From assembly GCA_965197905.1 (NCBI GenBank), contig CBDAOB010000004.1:704001-768000 (forward strand): DNA of 64,000 nucleotides, read 5' to 3'. The stretch comes from Candidatus Latescibacterota bacterium (GTDB taxonomy: Bacteria; Latescibacterota; UBA2968; UBA8231). Of this stretch, positions 44,158-53,214 are shown piece after piece. A model generated the notes under the pieces. It was not told the DNA's origin. It searched no databases and worked only from the letters and a program-made list of their open reading frames with translations. Within the stretch, counting starts at the first letter, position 1. Every line of letters starts with the position of its first letter. A program made the position numbers and the translations under genes.

Positions 44158-46140
44158 ATGAAGATATTTCAAACCCAAGCGGCGAGATACGCTCTTCTGG
44201 GGGCCCTGTTTGGATGTTCGTTTCCGGCGGGTGCCATTTTGATCGATCTGTTTTTTTTGCACAATCTCGATCTGACCGTGCGCAATGTAGTCATGATACA
44301 ATCGCAGCAGCCGTTGCACTGGATCATCGATTCAGCACCGATTGTACTCGGCTTGCTGGCGATGTTCATCGGACGGCACCAGGACCGCCTAGCGACCATC
44401 CACCAGGAGCTCGAACGGGAGCAGAACCTGGTTCGAGGATTGGCGAAGTTCCCTGAAGAAAACCCCCACCCGGTACTTCGCGTTGCCGAGGACGGCGAGA
44501 TCCTGTATTCCAATCGTCCCGCTTCCGAACTCCTGCGCAATATGGCAAACGGCGGACGACTGAATTCCCAGTGGGGAGAAATCGTGATCGCGACGCTGAA
44601 AGGCGGCGACAGCTACGAAGAGGAGCTGGTCGTCGAGGACCAAACCATGTCGTTAGTATTTACGCCCGTTGTCGATATGAAATACGTTAATATCTACGGC
44701 AGAAACGTTACCCGGAGGGTACGGGCTCTGGAGGAGCTAGAGATCGCCAAGGAGGCGGCCGAAGCGGCAAACCGGGCGAAGAGCGAATTCCTCGCCAACA
44801 TGAGTCACGAGCTCCGAACCCCCATGAACGCCATTCTCGGCTACGCCCAGATCCTCGAGTCCGCCGATGACCTGCCCGTGCAGCACCGCAACTCGGTCGA
44901 GACCATAGGCGAGAGTGGCGAGCATCTTTTGTCGCTGATCAACAACATCCTCGACATATCCAAGATTGAAGCGGGACGGGAGGAGCTGAACGAGCTCCAT
45001 TTCGACCTGAACAACATGCTGCATGGACTGGCGTCGATGTTCGAGATCCGGTGTCGCCAACAGGGTCTCACCTGGAAGCTGGAGATCGCGGGTGATCTGG
45101 GCGTCGTCATCGGTGATGAGGGCAAGCTTCGTCAAATATTGATAAATCTCTTGGGGAACTCGATAAAGTTCACCTTTCAAGGTAACGTTACCTTGAAAGT
45201 AGAAGCGCCCACCGACAAGCTGTACTACTTCGAGGTGTCCGATACCGGCAAGGGAATCGGACCGGAAGCACGGAGCTACATCTTCGAACCGTTCCATCAA
45301 GAGGGAAACAGCTTCTCCCAAGGAGGGTCAGGGTTGGGACTGGCCATAAGCCGGCGATATGTGAACATGATGGGAGGTGAGCTGCAATTCGATTCCGAAG
45401 TGGGAGCCGGTACTCGGTTCTACTTCCGCGTGCCCTTTGCGCTTGGCGATCCGCCCGCGGGAGTTTCATCGCGAGATGCTTCGAGCAAATGGCAACGGGT
45501 GAAACGATTGCGCGATGATACCCCGGTCTATGCTTTGGTCGTTGATGACGTCACGACGAACCGCGATGTGATCGCTCAGATCCTGCGGTTCGTCGGCGCT
45601 GAGGTCGAAACCGTCGAGTCGGGCAGATTAGCCCTTGAGCAGGTTCGCCGAAAGCGGCCGGATATAATTTTCATGGACATTCGCATGCCAGAAATGACGG
45701 GCGTCGAGGCGATGCAGAGGTTGCGCGAAGAGCACGGAGAAGGGGCATCCAAGATTGTGGCGGTCACGGCGTCGGTGTTTGAGCATCAGAGACAGGCGCA
45801 ACTGGCAGCAGGATTTGATGGTTTTATTGACAAACCGTTGCGTGCGGGGCAGGTCTACGCCTCTATGGCAGATCTGCTGAACGTCGAGTACGAATTCGAG
45901 GCCGTTCAGCGCAGCGAGACCGCCGACTGGTCGGATTTGCAGCTTCCCGTGGAGCTCCATGAGCGCTTGCTTGCCGCCGCCGATTCTCACAGTGCGTCGG
46001 AGCTGCGTCGTAATCTTGAGTCTCTGAAGAATCTTGGCTCGAGCGGAGAGAGTCTTTTCGAGCACTTGCAGTCATTGGCCCGGCGGTATGATATGAGCGG
46101 AATCAGGTCGGTGCTAGAGGATCTTTCAGGGAACCGTTGA
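44158..46140 (+). CDS. Membrane hybrid sensor histidine kinase (2 TM, PAS, HisKA, HATPase, REC)
   Basis: FPEENPHPVLR, MSHELRTPMN, NLLGNSIKFT, DTGKG, GSGLGL and MDIRMP. Confidence 0.92.
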   Translation: MKIFQTQAARYALLGALFGCSFPAGAILIDLFFLHNLDLTVRNVVMIQSQQPLHWIIDSAPIVLGLLAMFIGRHQDRLATIHQELEREQNLVRGLAKFPEENPHPVLRVAEDGEILYSNRPASELLRNMANGGRLNSQWGEIVIATLKGGDSYEEELVVEDQTMSLVFTPVVDMKYVNIYGRNVTRRVRALEELEIAKEAAEAANRAKSEFLANMSHELRTPMNAILGYAQILESADDLPVQHRNSVETIGESGEHLLSLINNILDISKIEAGREELNELHFDLNNMLHGLASMFEIRCRQQGLTWKLEIAGDLGVVIGDEGKLRQILINLLGNSIKFTFQGNVTLKVEAPTDKLYYFEVSDTGKGIGPEARSYIFEPFHQEGNSFSQGGSGLGLAISRRYVNMMGGELQFDSEVGAGTRFYFRVPFALGDPPAGVSSRDASSKWQRVKRLRDDTPVYALVVDDVTTNRDVIAQILRFVGAEVETVESGRLALEQVRRKRPDIIFMDIRMPEMTGVEAMQRLREEHGEGASKIVAVTASVFEHQRQAQLAAGFDGFIDKPLRAGQVYASMADLLNVEYEFEAVQRSETADWSDLQLPVELHERLLAAADSHSASELRRNLESLKNLGSSGESLFEHLQSLARRYDMSGIRSVLEDLSGNR

Positions 46141-47483
46141 GGCAAGCCCAGGAGATGGAGATTGCTCTCAAGAATCGGATCATAGAGACAAGAGGTGATG
46201 CCGCAGGGATGGAGCAGTTGTATCGGCGCGCCCGCGACAAGGGCGAAGAGCCGATTTTCAAGGACGCGATCGCTCAATGCGCCGCTGAATGCGGAGACGA
46301 TATTCTTCTTTCGGCATGGGTACATCGTCTGAACCTGAAGACCGGGTCCGACCAAGAGCAAACGCTCGCATCTTCCAGGCGAATCAGACATTGGAAGACC
46401 GCCGTTGGAGTGAGTGTCGTGTTGGGCGTGGCGTTCGCGTTGTTGGCCGGCGATCGGCCACCAGCACCGATACCTGGGGAAAGCTCATCGCAATTCTGGA
46501 TCGGATGGGCACCTCTGACCGCACTCTTCATCCTGGGTTTTTTAGCTGCGGTCAGCCGCGAAGCGGAACCATGTCGTCGCTATGGACGTCCCGGCGCGCT
46601 TATCCTGATTCTCGCAGTGCTGGTGGCGATGGCAGGGTGGGAAAGAGTCGACAATGTAGCCGGCCTGCTTGCCGTGCATCTTCCCGTCGCCGTCTGGGCA
46701 ACCCTAGGGGCGGGGGTGGCTCTGGGGAGGAGTGATGCCACCAACCAGCAGTATGCGTATCTGGTGAAATCGGTCGAGGCGGTTCTCACTGCCGGAATCT
46801 ACTTCGCGGCGGGGGGGATCTTTCTGGCTTTGACCTTCGGCATATTCAGTGTTTTGGGCATCGAGCTCCCTGAGGAGGAGATGCTCCATGTCGCCGCATG
46901 GGGTATCGGAGCAGTACCTGTCCTGGCGTTGGCCAGCGTATACGATCCAACGGTGCCCCCCGTTCTGCAGGATTGGTCGACAGGGTTGTCCCGCATCCTG
47001 CAGCTGTTGACGCGAATTTTCCTACCCCTGGCGCTTGGGGTTTTGTTGGTCTATGTGCTCTGGTTCATACCGTCGAACTTCTGGCATCCGTTCCGCGAGC
47101 GCGAGGCATTGATCGTGTACAACGCCACGATACTGGGCGTCTTGATGCTGTTGAGCATTGCCGTCAGCGGACCCGCTCCTGAAGGAAACGTGCTGCGCAA
47201 TGCGCTGCTGGCTTTGGCCGTACTGACCGCCCTCCTGAATGCCTACGCACTGGCAGCCAACCTCACGCGCATCTTCGAGTTGGGCTTGACACCCAACCGA
47301 TACGCGGTAGCGGGATGGAACGTCGTCACCATGCTCATGCTTTCGACGGTGATTTTCCGGTTGTGGAGCGGGGGCCCGGAACAGTGGGTGCCGAGCCTGC
47401 GACGGGGAATCGCCCTCGCCTCGGTGCTAGCCGCCGTTTGGTCAGCGTGGGTCGTCGTTGGGCTGCCGTTGTCGTTCTCTTAG
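46137..47483 (+). CDS. Polytopic membrane protein (DUF4153-like)
   Basis: About 10 hydrophobic segments and the GLTPNR motif. Confidence 0.65.
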   Translation: MRQAQEMEIALKNRIIETRGDAAGMEQLYRRARDKGEEPIFKDAIAQCAAECGDDILLSAWVHRLNLKTGSDQEQTLASSRRIRHWKTAVGVSVVLGVAFALLAGDRPPAPIPGESSSQFWIGWAPLTALFILGFLAAVSREAEPCRRYGRPGALILILAVLVAMAGWERVDNVAGLLAVHLPVAVWATLGAGVALGRSDATNQQYAYLVKSVEAVLTAGIYFAAGGIFLALTFGIFSVLGIELPEEEMLHVAAWGIGAVPVLALASVYDPTVPPVLQDWSTGLSRILQLLTRIFLPLALGVLLVYVLWFIPSNFWHPFREREALIVYNATILGVLMLLSIAVSGPAPEGNVLRNALLALAVLTALLNAYALAANLTRIFELGLTPNRYAVAGWNVVTMLMLSTVIFRLWSGGPEQWVPSLRRGIALASVLAAVWSAWVVVGLPLSFS

Positions 47484-47525
47484 AAATCTGTTTCAACCGC
47501 GGGGTGCTGCACGCACTCGGTGGGA

Positions 47526-48440
47526 TCAGTCGTTGTACTTCTCTGGAGGGATACGATGCTCGGAGGAGAAACTCATGTTTTCCGGCAAAGGCATGAATGC
47601 GGGGATCATCTCACTCCTTCGCGCCATAATGTGTTCCATCGGATCGGTTATCTGATCCAGCTCCTTATCGCTTATCGGCAGCGAATAACGCACCATCGGC
47701 GTATAACGCTGAAATGCTTCGGCGTAACCTACCCCCGCCTTGTTGCCGTAGTGGCCGTCCTGCATCTCGCCCCGCTTCCGAGAGTAGGCACCGCCGTAGT
47801 ACTGACTGGATATACAGTCCAAGGCTTTCACCTTCTTGTCGATTACATCGGTGATATCAACGTATAGATCGACCCGCGAAGTGCTGGCGTATTCAAGAGT
47901 ATTGGCACCGATGTAAGCGATCGGATTCATGAAATAGATGACCGGTGTGAGGTGCCTTTCCTGCCGGCCGCGCCCGGTCCCCTGAGCCAGGGTCGCCGCG
48001 AAGACTGTCGCCTGTCCGATGGTTCCGTGCATCTTCAAACCGCCGGTTTCGTACGGATGATGCGAAATCAGCAGATCCGGTTTCACCTCGCGGATAACGT
48101 CGGCGATCGCCTCTACCTTGGCCCGGTCCAACAAAAGGTCGTCATCCTCGAACCCAAGGTCCCGTAGATCGTCGAAACCACAGATACGGCAGGCGTTGCG
48201 GGTTTCTTCCAGCTTCTGAGCCACCGCCTCTTTCATTTTGGTCTCAACATCCAGGTCGGCTCCCTCCCGCTGCTTTTCGTCTTTCAGCTCCCAGTGATGC
48301 GAACGCACGCCGGTAGTGGCGATTGCGACGGTGACTTGGTCACCGCGTGCCACGTGGTGGGCCAAGGTTCCCCCCGCCTGATCGAAGCTGTCTGCGGGAT
48401 GGGCGGCAACGAGCAAGATCTGAATCGGTCGGCTCGGCAT
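47526..48440 (-). CDS. PIG-L/LmbE family Zn enzyme
   Basis: AAHPAD...GGT, IREVKPD, YVDITDV..KK..AL....SQ and YAEAF. Confidence 0.82.
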   Translation of the reverse strand: MPSRPIQILLVAAHPADSFDQAGGTLAHHVARGDQVTVAIATTGVRSHHWELKDEKQREGADLDVETKMKEAVAQKLEETRNACRICGFDDLRDLGFEDDDLLLDRAKVEAIADVIREVKPDLLISHHPYETGGLKMHGTIGQATVFAATLAQGTGRGRQERHLTPVIYFMNPIAYIGANTLEYASTSRVDLYVDITDVIDKKVKALDCISSQYYGGAYSRKRGEMQDGHYGNKAGVGYAEAFQRYTPMVRYSLPISDKELDQITDPMEHIMARRSEMIPAFMPLPENMSFSSEHRIPPEKYND

Positions 48441-48449
48441 GTGGTTTCC

Positions 48450-49691
48450 TCAGGGCACGGGTTTCGATCTGTTTTTGTAGATCTCTTCGTGACCGGGGGG
48501 AATGACCCCGCCGATCTTCAGCGCCTGTTTTCCGTTCTCGCCGGCGAAGGGACGCGCCAGAAATTTGGGTTCCTCTTCGACGAAAACTACGACGGGTCCC
48601 GTCTTTGGTGTGTCCGAACAGATGATATCGCCGGTCTTCAACGTTCGGGCTTCGCCCAGGGAGATCTGCGTCCGCCCCAGCTCGGCCGTAACCGGCATGA
48701 AGGTCTTGTTCAGACGCTGGTTGTTCTGTTGAATCAGGTCATCTTTATTCGTCTGTGAAATCCGGACATAACTTTGTTGTCCCAACCGCGGCAGGATCGA
48801 TTCGAGGGTAAAGAAGGGATAGCACAGGCTGACCAGGCCCGAGGCGTTTGTAGAGTTGACCTCGAAAGCCAGCAGGATGACGATCTCACTGGCCGCCGTG
48901 ATCTGCATGAACTCCGGGTTGGTCTCCAACTCGATGTCGGTGACCTCTACCCGCAGAATCGGCTCCCAGGTCGCTTCCAGATCTTCGATGACCCGCTTGG
49001 TGATGCGATGAATCACACCAACCTCGATCGGGGTCAGGGTTCGCGGTTCCACGCCTTTGTGGGAGCCCTTACCGCCGAAAATCCTGTCGACGAAAGCGAA
49101 GGTTACCGGCATGGCAAAATCGATGATCGCCTGCCCATTGGTGGGACCCAATGTAAACTGGTAGGAACAGGACGGATTCGACAGTGACATGATGAATTCG
49201 GCATAGGTAGTCTGGTCCACGAACGCCGTTTCCACATCCACCACGGCACGCATGGCGCCGGAAAAGGTGGAGCTCAGCAGTCGGGCGAAGTTGTCGTGCA
49301 GGTTTTCCAGGGTGCGCAGCTGATCCTTGTTCACCCTCGCCGGGTGTTTAAAGTCGTAGCTGGTGACTATTCGTTTTTGAGGTCGTCCGCGGTTCTCCTT
49401 CTTCTGTTGCATCTCCATGTATTGAGCCAAAGCCTCTCCCATCGCCAGGCGCAGCTCCTCCCGCGCCTTTTTCGATATTCTCTTGCCCTTGAGCAGGGTG
49501 TCCAGCTCCTTCAGCGCTGCCGCCTCCAACGCCTCTCCCCGTTCATTGACCGCCAAACCTGCCAGTCTCTGCAGAAAACCCGAAATTTGGCTCTCGTCCA
49601 GCTTTTGCTTCTTGAGACGGCCGTAGAAACCGTCCGACTCCTTGGATAAGAGCAGCGCATCGATTTCATCCTGAGAGAGTATGTCAGCCAT
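48450..49691 (-). CDS. fliM: Flagellar switch protein FliM (copy 1)
   Basis: ILSQDEIDALL, YDFKHP, GGKG, LETNP and C-terminal SPOA domain. Confidence 0.92.
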   Translation of the reverse strand: MADILSQDEIDALLLSKESDGFYGRLKKQKLDESQISGFLQRLAGLAVNERGEALEAAALKELDTLLKGKRISKKAREELRLAMGEALAQYMEMQQKKENRGRPQKRIVTSYDFKHPARVNKDQLRTLENLHDNFARLLSSTFSGAMRAVVDVETAFVDQTTYAEFIMSLSNPSCSYQFTLGPTNGQAIIDFAMPVTFAFVDRIFGGKGSHKGVEPRTLTPIEVGVIHRITKRVIEDLEATWEPILRVEVTDIELETNPEFMQITAASEIVILLAFEVNSTNASGLVSLCYPFFTLESILPRLGQQSYVRISQTNKDDLIQQNNQRLNKTFMPVTAELGRTQISLGEARTLKTGDIICSDTPKTGPVVVFVEEEPKFLARPFAGENGKQALKIGGVIPPGHEEIYKNRSKPVP

Positions 49692-49709
49692 GTCAGTCTC
49701 CTACAAATC

Positions 49710-51023
49710 TTAGACGTAATCGTCTCCGGTGTCGCCGCGAACTATCCTAACCTTCCCCTGCTCTTCGAGCTGCCTCACTGTTTGCACGATCCGCAGCTGC
49801 ACCTCCTCCACATCACGGCGCAGCATCCGTTCCAGCCCCTCCATGCCTTCTCGAACCGAGGTGCAAGCCCGCTCCGACATGTTGCTGAAAAATCGTTCTC
49901 GCAGTTCCTCGCCGGCCTGTTTTAGTGCGATGGTAAGATCTTTCTCATCTGTTTCGCGTAACAGAGTCTGGATTTCGGTATCCGTCATCTTGCCGATCTC
50001 GGCGAAAGTAAACATCTGATTGCGCACTGATTCGGCCACCTCCGGATCCTGCGCATCCATCTGGTTGAGAACGGTCCGCTCCACGCTTGAGCCCGTCAAA
50101 TTCAGCACGTCGGCCAGCACCTTGGGTCCGCCTACGTCCTGATCCCGACCGAGCAAGTCTCGAAGAGAAGCTTCCAAAGCTTCTTCGAGGTTCGCGATCA
50201 CCTTTTGAGGGACGTTCTCGGTAGTCGCCATTCGATATGACACGTCTGCCTGTAAACGTTCGGGCAATTGTGCCAGTACCCCTGCTGACCTGCGTGGTTC
50301 AAGCTGCGAGAGAATGAGCGCGATCGTCTGCGGGTGCTCGTTAGATAAGAAGGGAGCGATCTGATCCGCCTCCACTCTGTTGAGCATGCTGAACCCGGAT
50401 TCGGTAGAATCTATATTCCTGTCAACAAAGTGATTCGCCCGGTGTGGTCCCACCACCTTGGTCAGCAGCCCGCGGGCATACGCCGGGCCGCCGATCTCCA
50501 CGTAGTCACCAGCCACGATGCGCCGGTGCGCTGTCTCCAACGCGTGCATAGCGAGCTGATGCCCAACCTCGGGCATCTCCGCAATAGCTCGCGCGACGAG
50601 CTGAGTTTCCTCGCCCAGATGTCGGCAGACCTGGGCACCAATTTCCTCGCCCAGACCGATCAATATGGCCGCTACCAACTGTTGAGCAGTCAGATCAGAG
50701 AGCGGTCCCTCGTCCCGGCTTGCCTCTTCTCTTCGGATGATAGTTCGGACCACGGCTGCTGTTTCTTTAGCGTGGTGAAAGAGGTAGGCATGGGTGCTGT
50801 CAGCGGCGATTCCAGACGGTAGGAGAGGCGCCGAGGAGGTGTCGGGAGGTTTTGCCACAGCCTCCACGGTCTGGGGGCGCGGTTTTGGCACGTGCAGGGG
50901 TGGCATCGCGTCGACGGCAGCCTCGTCTGGGCATGTCCAGCTTGCAACCGTTTGTTTCTCTTTAAACTCGGTCGAGCCGCCCACGATGCGGGCCCCTGTA
51001 GTTTTTTGAGGCGCGGCGCTCAT
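49710..51023 (-). CDS. fliG: FliG-family protein with N-terminal extension
   Basis: [32 protein letters not shown] and DVEE.Q. Confidence 0.9.
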   Translation of the reverse strand: MSAAPQKTTGARIVGGSTEFKEKQTVASWTCPDEAAVDAMPPLHVPKPRPQTVEAVAKPPDTSSAPLLPSGIAADSTHAYLFHHAKETAAVVRTIIRREEASRDEGPLSDLTAQQLVAAILIGLGEEIGAQVCRHLGEETQLVARAIAEMPEVGHQLAMHALETAHRRIVAGDYVEIGGPAYARGLLTKVVGPHRANHFVDRNIDSTESGFSMLNRVEADQIAPFLSNEHPQTIALILSQLEPRRSAGVLAQLPERLQADVSYRMATTENVPQKVIANLEEALEASLRDLLGRDQDVGGPKVLADVLNLTGSSVERTVLNQMDAQDPEVAESVRNQMFTFAEIGKMTDTEIQTLLRETDEKDLTIALKQAGEELRERFFSNMSERACTSVREGMEGLERMLRRDVEEVQLRIVQTVRQLEEQGKVRIVRGDTGDDYV

Positions 51024-51295
51024 GAGGTCACCTCGTGATCGACGGGAAAATCGTGAAGGCGGGTGATGCGTACGGCCATGAGGTCTGTAACAACCACGAT
51101 CTCCCCTTCGGCAAAGGGCCTCCGGTTGACCAGCACACCGAAGGCCTCGCCGGCCAGTTTATCGAGCTCGATGACGTCGAACGCCTGCAGCCTCCGTACC
51201 TGACCCAAGGTCATTTCCTTGCGACCCAATTCCACCATCACTTCGGCCACCACATTGGCCAGATCCGCGCGTGGGGTGCTTTCGAGAGTTGTCAT
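51020..51295 (-). CDS. fliN: FliN/SPOA-domain protein (type B)
   Basis: VELGR, VIELDKLAGE and GEIVVV..MAVRIT. Confidence 0.82.
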   Translation of the reverse strand: MTTLESTPRADLANVVAEVMVELGRKEMTLGQVRRLQAFDVIELDKLAGEAFGVLVNRRPFAEGEIVVVTDLMAVRITRLHDFPVDHEVTS

Positions 51296-51307
51296 TCGGA
51301 CCTCCTC

Positions 51308-51604
51308 TCAGACCTGTCCCAGAACCTCGGTGAGTCGCACGCCGAAGTTCTCATTGACCGTGATGACCTCACCCCGAGCGAAGTGTTTGCCGTTGACGAA
51401 TACGTCGATGGGATCGCCCACCTCCTTGTCCAATTCGATCAGCGACTGTTCGCCCATGTCGGAGATGTCCTCCATGGTTTTCGTGGTACCACCGAGTACC
51501 ATCTGGACCATGACGGGCATATCCTCGAGCAGGTCGATATTGTCACGTGGTGCCGCCGGCTTCGGCGGAACTGCCTTTTTCTTTGGGGTCTTGCTCGTTG
51601 CCAT
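51308..51604 (-). CDS. fliN: FliN/SPOA-domain protein (type A)
   Basis: IELDK..GDPIDVFVNGK.FARGEVITVNENFGVRLTE. Confidence 0.88.
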   Translation of the reverse strand: MATSKTPKKKAVPPKPAAPRDNIDLLEDMPVMVQMVLGGTTKTMEDISDMGEQSLIELDKEVGDPIDVFVNGKHFARGEVITVNENFGVRLTEVLGQV

Positions 51605-51695
51605 TTCGCTTTGCTCCTTCCCTCGAAGTGGGTAGATGAGCCGCTCGCTTCAACAGTGTACGGAACTCCAGAGCATAATCCTATAAGGGTTTTTA

Positions 51696-53201
51696 CTAGG
51701 TAGATGGAGCTTCCCTAAGGTCAAGACCGAACCTGTAGGCGTAGAGCACCGCTGGCCCATCCGCCTCAAAATGCAGTCGCACTTCCTGACCCACGAAACG
51801 TGCCAGATCGCTGCGCTCCTGCCCCCAGGTGATTTCGAAGTCGGTTTGGTCGTCGCGCTCCAGGCCGTTGCAGTTGTCCAGCTCGAACCCTTCCGGAACC
51901 TCGGTATCGCATACCACCCGAACTCGGATGCGGCCGTTGTTACTCGGCTTCTTTGTGCCGAAAACGCTGGCATTCAGAAATAACCTTGCGCCGTCGACCC
52001 GCACGGGTTCAGTCATCAACTCGCCGGCGCCACCCGTGCACATCCCCACGAATCCATCCTTGCGCAACGTCGCCAGACCGATGGCCGCCTGGAACTTTTG
52101 ATCGCTGCCGTGACGACGCATGCCCGAATACCAGATGTGCAGCACGTTGTCCTTGAGGATGGGCGGATTCAGCGATGACGAGACCCAGCCATGGTCCCAG
52201 GCGCCCGGGGTCCCGATGGGCAGGAACTGTTCGTGTTTCCCGACTCGATGCCACTTCGTGAGGTCGCGCGCCGTAGCCAGCTCAGTTGCACCTTGGCCCG
52301 TCGAGGTGTAGAAGAGCGCCAGAAATCCCAGGTATTGATTGCCATAGGCAAACGGCGTCATCAGCTCGAACTGGTCGCGTGTCTCGTCGAAGTCATCCGG
52401 TTTGAGAACCGTCTCCATCGGAGTCCAGTTGACGAAGTCCTCGCTGGTACTCAAGGCGACCACCTTGCGGTACTGCTTCCACTGCAGAATGAAATGATCG
52501 GCAATCGTCCCAGCGCGCCGCGACACGGCTATGAACCGACGTGTGCCCGGATCGAAAACGACCGCGCCGCCATCGCCGGCTCTCGCAATAGACGGTTGGT
52601 CGTCCAGGGTCCAGCGGATTCCATCGTTGGAGTGGGCAGTGTACATGCCATGGCGCTCGAGCACGGACTCAAAATACCTTCGCCGGTCTTCCGGACTCGC
52701 TGATTTTCCGGCACGAGGCAGCTCTGCCTGGCGCTCCTGGTAGTACCCCATCTTGTAACGGCGCGTTGCGTCTTCTTCGCGGTCATCCTTGATGATGCCC
52801 CACGGGTGCAGCGAGCCGTGCTCCGGACGAGTTTCCGGCGTGGGGTAAACGATGTTGTTCGCCGTAGATCCCTGAAACGGGAACACGCCCAGCTCGGGCT
52901 TGTCCCACTTCACGCCGTCGGTTGAGCTGGCGTAACAGATATACTTCTGGGCTTCGTTGCCGGCGCCGGCGGGACCGTGGGTGAAGTACCACATTTTGAG
53001 GAGGTCTTCGTCGCCGTCGTAGAGGACCGATCCCCACATCTGCACCGCGCTGCCTTCCCAGGGACGGTCGGCACGCAGCACCGGCTCGGTCTGGGCGCGA
53101 GCAGGTTGTTGCACCTTGCGCACGAAACCGGGATGATCCTGAACCTCGGCGTCATCTACGAATAGGTGCAGACCAGGATCGTGGAGATCACTGACGATCA
53201 T
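51696..53201 (-). CDS. Hypothetical beta-propeller glycosidase-like protein
   Basis: Repeated S.DG..W Asp-box-like motifs and LRKDGF. Confidence 0.65.
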   Translation of the reverse strand: MIVSDLHDPGLHLFVDDAEVQDHPGFVRKVQQPARAQTEPVLRADRPWEGSAVQMWGSVLYDGDEDLLKMWYFTHGPAGAGNEAQKYICYASSTDGVKWDKPELGVFPFQGSTANNIVYPTPETRPEHGSLHPWGIIKDDREEDATRRYKMGYYQERQAELPRAGKSASPEDRRRYFESVLERHGMYTAHSNDGIRWTLDDQPSIARAGDGGAVVFDPGTRRFIAVSRRAGTIADHFILQWKQYRKVVALSTSEDFVNWTPMETVLKPDDFDETRDQFELMTPFAYGNQYLGFLALFYTSTGQGATELATARDLTKWHRVGKHEQFLPIGTPGAWDHGWVSSSLNPPILKDNVLHIWYSGMRRHGSDQKFQAAIGLATLRKDGFVGMCTGGAGELMTEPVRVDGARLFLNASVFGTKKPSNNGRIRVRVVCDTEVPEGFELDNCNGLERDDQTDFEITWGQERSDLARFVGQEVRLHFEADGPAVLYAYRFGLDLREAPST

Positions 53202-53214
53202 CGTCGCCGTACCA

